A DNA stretch of 64,000 nt, taken from Candidatus Thorarchaeota archaeon (GTDB lineage Archaea; Asgardarchaeota; Thorarchaeia; Thorarchaeales; Thorarchaeaceae). A model generated the notes under the pieces. It worked only from the letters and a program-made list of their open reading frames with translations. It was not told the DNA's origin and ran no database searches. The first letter of the stretch is position 1. The number at the start of each line of letters is the position of its first letter. Location of the stretch: NCBI GenBank assembly GCA_004524445.1, contig SDNP01000002.1, positions 32,001 through 96,000 of the forward strand, written 5' to 3'. Below are positions 60,089 to 64,000 of this stretch, piece by piece. The translations under genes and the position numbers were made by a program.

Positions 60089-62455
60089 CTATCTTGTAAG
60101 TCTGCTTGCTGCAACTGCCACTTGCCCAACTGAAATACCACCATCTCCAGGGGGAATTGAGTCTTGAAGGAGAGGCTCAAGCCCATGACGATTCAATTCG
60201 GCTATTATTGCTCTTGTGATAATTCTATTCAAGGCAACTCCACCAGAAAATCCAACCTGTCGTATGCCATGATTATCAGCCGCTTGAGCTGCAATTCTGG
60301 CAAGCCCCCTTCCTACTGCTTGTTGTACTGCCATGGCCAGGTGTGATCTCTTTTCTCCTTGTTCTTTCATTTCAAGGAGTCGAAGAAGAAGATGCTCTGT
60401 GTCAAGCTGAGGACTTCCATTTGGTGATACTATATGTGGCTCAATTGATAGCTTTGTTGGCACAGCAACTGCTTCCAGTTTCATTGGACACTCCCCATCA
60501 TAGCTATTCTGGAAACATACTCCAAGAGCAAATGCAGCTGCATCTAGCACACGACCGGTACTGCTACTCTCAATCGTGTTTATATTTTTGTCAAGGGCAA
60601 TGAGCATCTGCTCGAAGGATTCCTCATTCATGCATATATCAGCTGCAACTTCTACATCTCGGACGTACCCAAACAACTCCTCTCTGCTTAACGAACCTCC
60701 TACGATTCCCATAAACGGTCGTGCCGCATATTTTGCTGATAGATCTCCACCAACATACAACTGAGGAGTCAAACCTCCAAACTTGGAGAAATGCCTCCCA
60801 TTCCCAACTAGGACTTCTCCTCCCCATGCTTCGCCATTAGGCCCGTAGCCATAACCATCGGCTGTAATACAGATAATACTTGTATCAGTCGTTAGTTTGT
60901 TATCAACTAGGATGGAAGCCAAATGAGCATGGTGATGCTGAACTTGGACCAAGGGAATATCCTTCTCTTGGGAGATGCGCCTTGCAAGATCAGTACTGAG
61001 AAACTCAGGATGTAAATCACAAGCAATACCATCAAGTTTCTCGACGCCAATGAGACTCATCAGATGTTGATACGCATCCCTAAGAAATTGAATATTCTCT
61101 AATTGGTCCGTATCACCAATGTATTGAGTAGGATATATGCTAGTTGCCTTCAGAATTGACGCGGTAGCTTTTTCTTCTGGACCCGTAGCAACAAGATTAA
61201 GACCATCACCAGGATAAGAAATTGGAATTGGTTCTGGCACATAACCTCTCGATCGTCTTATGAAGACAGAATTTTCATTAGTTACGTACTTGATTACAGA
61301 ATCATCAGCTCTTTGCCATATTCTTCTATCATGTACCAAGAAGTAGTCTGCAATCCCAGAGAGGTCTTTTCGCATTTTCTTTGGATCGATGTACATCGGT
61401 ATGCCAGTAGGGTTGGCACTTGTCAAAACAATGGCAGGTTCATCCATATAATGAAAGAGGAGATGATGAGAAGGAGCGTAGGGGAGCATAACACCTACGG
61501 TGTCCAGTCCGGGAGCTATGCTATCCAATGAATCTCGTGGTATTATATTCAACGCATTTTGTGACTCTCTTTTTCTAACAAGGACAATAGGACGTCTCCA
61601 CGAAAGAAGATCGTCTAATTCGTTCTCCGACGGATTGAAAGCAGACTCAACAATTGACTTGTTTCTGGCCATAATTGCGAACGGCCGCTGCTCTCTCATC
61701 TTCAATAAACGAAGTCTATTGATTGGCCTCGAGTTTCTAACCGCAGTGGCTAGATGAGTACCGGATATGCCTTGTACTGCCACGATTGACCCCGACTCTA
61801 TTAGCTCTGCCGCACTTTTCACTGCATTTTCTTTGGCAATATTGTTGCCCCTATCATTGAAAAGCTGGTATGTAGGACCACACTCCTCACATGCTGTTGT
61901 CTGTGCATGATATCTTCTATCCAACGGGTCTGTATAACCGGTATTACAAGTATTACATAACGGAAAATCAACCATGGTTGTGTGAGGTCTATCGTATGGA
62001 AGATCAGTGATAGTAGAGTATCTTGGTCCGCAAGCTGCACACGAAATGAATGGATAGAGATACCATCTCGATTGAGGATCGAATAGCTCTTCAACACAAG
62101 TGTCACAGATCGAAATGTCGGGTGGAATCACTGGTTCCGCGTTACCAGTTTTTTTTGCAGAGGATTTGATTATGGAAAAATCGTCGAATGAGTTCTGCTT
62201 TGGCAACCATTCTGTGTCCAGTTGTTCAATTCTTGAAATGGATGGAGGGTTCTCTTTCAACTCATTAAGCAAAGACTTGATTCTTGTCTTCTTTCCTTCG
62301 ACAACAATCTCAACACCTGCATCTCCTAGATTCAAAACATATCCTTTCAAGGATAGTCCCTTTGCCACTCGATATACAAATGGTCTAAATCCCACACCTT
62401 GTACAATTCCATTGATGTGGATTTTAGCTCTGACACTCAGTTTATGAAACCTCAC
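60089..62455 (-). CDS. hypF: Hydrogenase maturation carbamoyltransferase HypF
   Basis: VQGVGFRP, two Zn fingers, QHHHAH, GDGGISVGQ. Confidence 0.96.
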   Translation of the reverse strand: MRFHKLSVRAKIHINGIVQGVGFRPFVYRVAKGLSLKGYVLNLGDAGVEIVVEGKKTRIKSLLNELKENPPSISRIEQLDTEWLPKQNSFDDFSIIKSSAKKTGNAEPVIPPDISICDTCVEELFDPQSRWYLYPFISCAACGPRYSTITDLPYDRPHTTMVDFPLCNTCNTGYTDPLDRRYHAQTTACEECGPTYQLFNDRGNNIAKENAVKSAAELIESGSIVAVQGISGTHLATAVRNSRPINRLRLLKMREQRPFAIMARNKSIVESAFNPSENELDDLLSWRRPIVLVRKRESQNALNIIPRDSLDSIAPGLDTVGVMLPYAPSHHLLFHYMDEPAIVLTSANPTGIPMYIDPKKMRKDLSGIADYFLVHDRRIWQRADDSVIKYVTNENSVFIRRSRGYVPEPIPISYPGDGLNLVATGPEEKATASILKATSIYPTQYIGDTDQLENIQFLRDAYQHLMSLIGVEKLDGIACDLHPEFLSTDLARRISQEKDIPLVQVQHHHAHLASILVDNKLTTDTSIICITADGYGYGPNGEAWGGEVLVGNGRHFSKFGGLTPQLYVGGDLSAKYAARPFMGIVGGSLSREELFGYVRDVEVAADICMNEESFEQMLIALDKNINTIESSSTGRVLDAAAFALGVCFQNSYDGECPMKLEAVAVPTKLSIEPHIVSPNGSPQLDTEHLLLRLLEMKEQGEKRSHLAMAVQQAVGRGLARIAAQAADNHGIRQVGFSGGVALNRIITRAIIAELNRHGLEPLLQDSIPPGDGGISVGQVAVAASRLTR

Positions 62456-62598
62456 TGTTCTGAATTCGTGTTATCGATATTAATACCATGAAGTGGCAAA
62501 TAATCTCTGTATCGATATAATTGTATTACAAGTATTACAATTAGCAATCGACACTCACAGGTAGGTTTTCTTAAGGCATGGCACATACCCAATTGTGA

Positions 62599-63021
62599 AT
62601 GACATTGACTTCCTCAAGGACACCTCATCCGAAACCGGGGAGAGAACCCATAGCTACCCCCTCAATCCTCGCAAACATTCCCGACTGTCTTCGGCAAATA
62701 CTTGTCGAGGCCGCTGATAACTCAAAGAAGAGAAAGAAATCAATTCTGATATCTAGTAATAGTTTGGCTAATAGATTCATTCTAGAACGATGGGGAATAC
62801 GACCATCTCAGCGCAGGAAATTCAGAAATCTATTTTCACAAATTCGCAAACACTGTAGGAAGATATTCGATCATCTTCTCAATAGGAAAAGAATGGAATT
62901 CGATATGAATTTGAATCGTTATTTGTTTGGAATCTACAAGTTCGATGAAATCCGCGGAAACACAATCCTTGCTTTTGTACAAGTTCCTGAGAGAGAAGGA
63001 TGGACACTTCCCTGCAAGTAA
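62599..63021 (+). CDS. Basic hypothetical protein, possible DNA binder
   Basis: K/R-rich helices followed by a beta-hairpin-like end. Confidence 0.6.
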   Translation: MTLTSSRTPHPKPGREPIATPSILANIPDCLRQILVEAADNSKKRKKSILISSNSLANRFILERWGIRPSQRRKFRNLFSQIRKHCRKIFDHLLNRKRMEFDMNLNRYLFGIYKFDEIRGNTILAFVQVPEREGWTLPCK

Positions 63022-63198
63022 TATGTGTAATACAGTGAAACCTAAGCAAAATCTTTATCCACTATTCGGCGTATACAAAAACGTATCCGTAGAGAGTAAC
63101 AGAAAACCGATTTGACAAAGTCCTCTCATAACTCTTTAAAATAGAAAATAGAGGATTATGAGCCCTTTTCAAAAAACCTCGTTCTCTCCAAAAATCAG

Positions 63199-63747
63199 GT
63201 GGAGATTATGACTCAAGGCACCAACGACGTGAATTTCGAGAAGATAAGGAAGGCTTCCCAGGGCACCAAGAGAGTGCTAAGGGAACCAATCATGAAGTCA
63301 TTACTACAAAATTCCCTCCTCACGGAAACGCAACTAGAAACGCTCCTAATTGATTTGCTTGTCGAAGACAATTTCGGTAAGCACATTCCGTATGATACGA
63401 AGGCCTCACTGCGTACAACTGAAAATGGCAAGGGTGTTTCTAGAGGAGCATTCAATAGGACACTTCAACAAGCTCGCGAAAATATTACAAAAAGCATCTA
63501 CACCATGCTTCTGTTAGGATACCTTGGTCTATTTGAAATTGCCATATTTCGGCCATTTGAAGAAGTTGCAGCCAAGATAGGCGACTATAGACATATCAGG
63601 GAGGTATTGGCAGGAAGAGAAAAGTTAACAGAAGAGGATCTTGAGAGTCATAGGGCCGCAGAAGAAACAATCATTTCTGCACTCCATGAGCTGGCATCGC
63701 CACTGAATCTTAAAACTGAACTATCAAAAGAGACTGGATCTGAATAG
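63199..63747 (+). CDS. Hypothetical protein with sigma4/Tfx-like HTH
   Basis: LTETQLETL..GVSRGAFNRTLQQARENI. Confidence 0.65.
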   Translation: MEIMTQGTNDVNFEKIRKASQGTKRVLREPIMKSLLQNSLLTETQLETLLIDLLVEDNFGKHIPYDTKASLRTTENGKGVSRGAFNRTLQQARENITKSIYTMLLLGYLGLFEIAIFRPFEEVAAKIGDYRHIREVLAGREKLTEEDLESHRAAEETIISALHELASPLNLKTELSKETGSE

Positions 63748-64000
63748 AGTCTCCGTGCAAGCTTCTTCCGTATTATTCCAGGAATCAATGATTGCGAAGT
63801 AAAAAAATTGGCACGAATGTGTCGTGTTTTATGACTGAACTCGTAAGCGACGAGTAGTTCCGCACAGTCCTACCTACACTGTATCTACTTGGAGGTATAT
63901 TTGTATGAGGAGATAGAGATAGCAATGCAAGTTGAGATCTGTGACTTATGAAACAAACCTCGAAACCAGCATTCAATCATTACTCCACAACACACTCACT

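Larger units (their letters stand above)
57180..63033. repeat. Dispersed 16-bp GTAWTAY-NN-RTAWTAC sites (7 copies)
   Basis: 57180, 59433, 60074, 60864, 61941, 62523, 63018. Confidence 0.85.

Overview
Chromosomal core region of an archaeon, most consistent with an Asgard lineage (Thorarchaeota-like), inferred from Rpo8/Rpb8, roadblock plus small GTPase, GINS23 and intron-containing tRNAs. It holds KEOPS/translation genes, pyrG-nurA-herA, a roadblock/DENN-like/MglA-type GTPase operon, a replication cluster (hel308, mcm, gins23, rfcS/L, cdc6), a pilin/secretion-ATPase/VirB4-like cluster with a divergent TFB, and metabolic genes (glmS, split LKR/SDH, iorAB, hypF). Non-coding features not in the ORF track: three intron-containing tRNAs (introns at 37/38, 53/54 and a very unusual 10/11) and two box C/D sRNA candidates. 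The strongest signal is a layered DNA-motif locus at 53-63 kb. It contains a symmetric ORB-flanked oriC candidate about 24 kb from cdc6, three copies of a 16-bp TAGAACACGTGTTCTA palindrome (two perfect) around a Cas2-like gene, seven copies of a 16-bp GTAWTAY-NN-RTAWTAC site (three inside genes), and a second ORB with seven TGTGAAT repeats before a wHTH gene. Together these suggest an undescribed origin-control/segregation system. All calls are by eye, without database searches.
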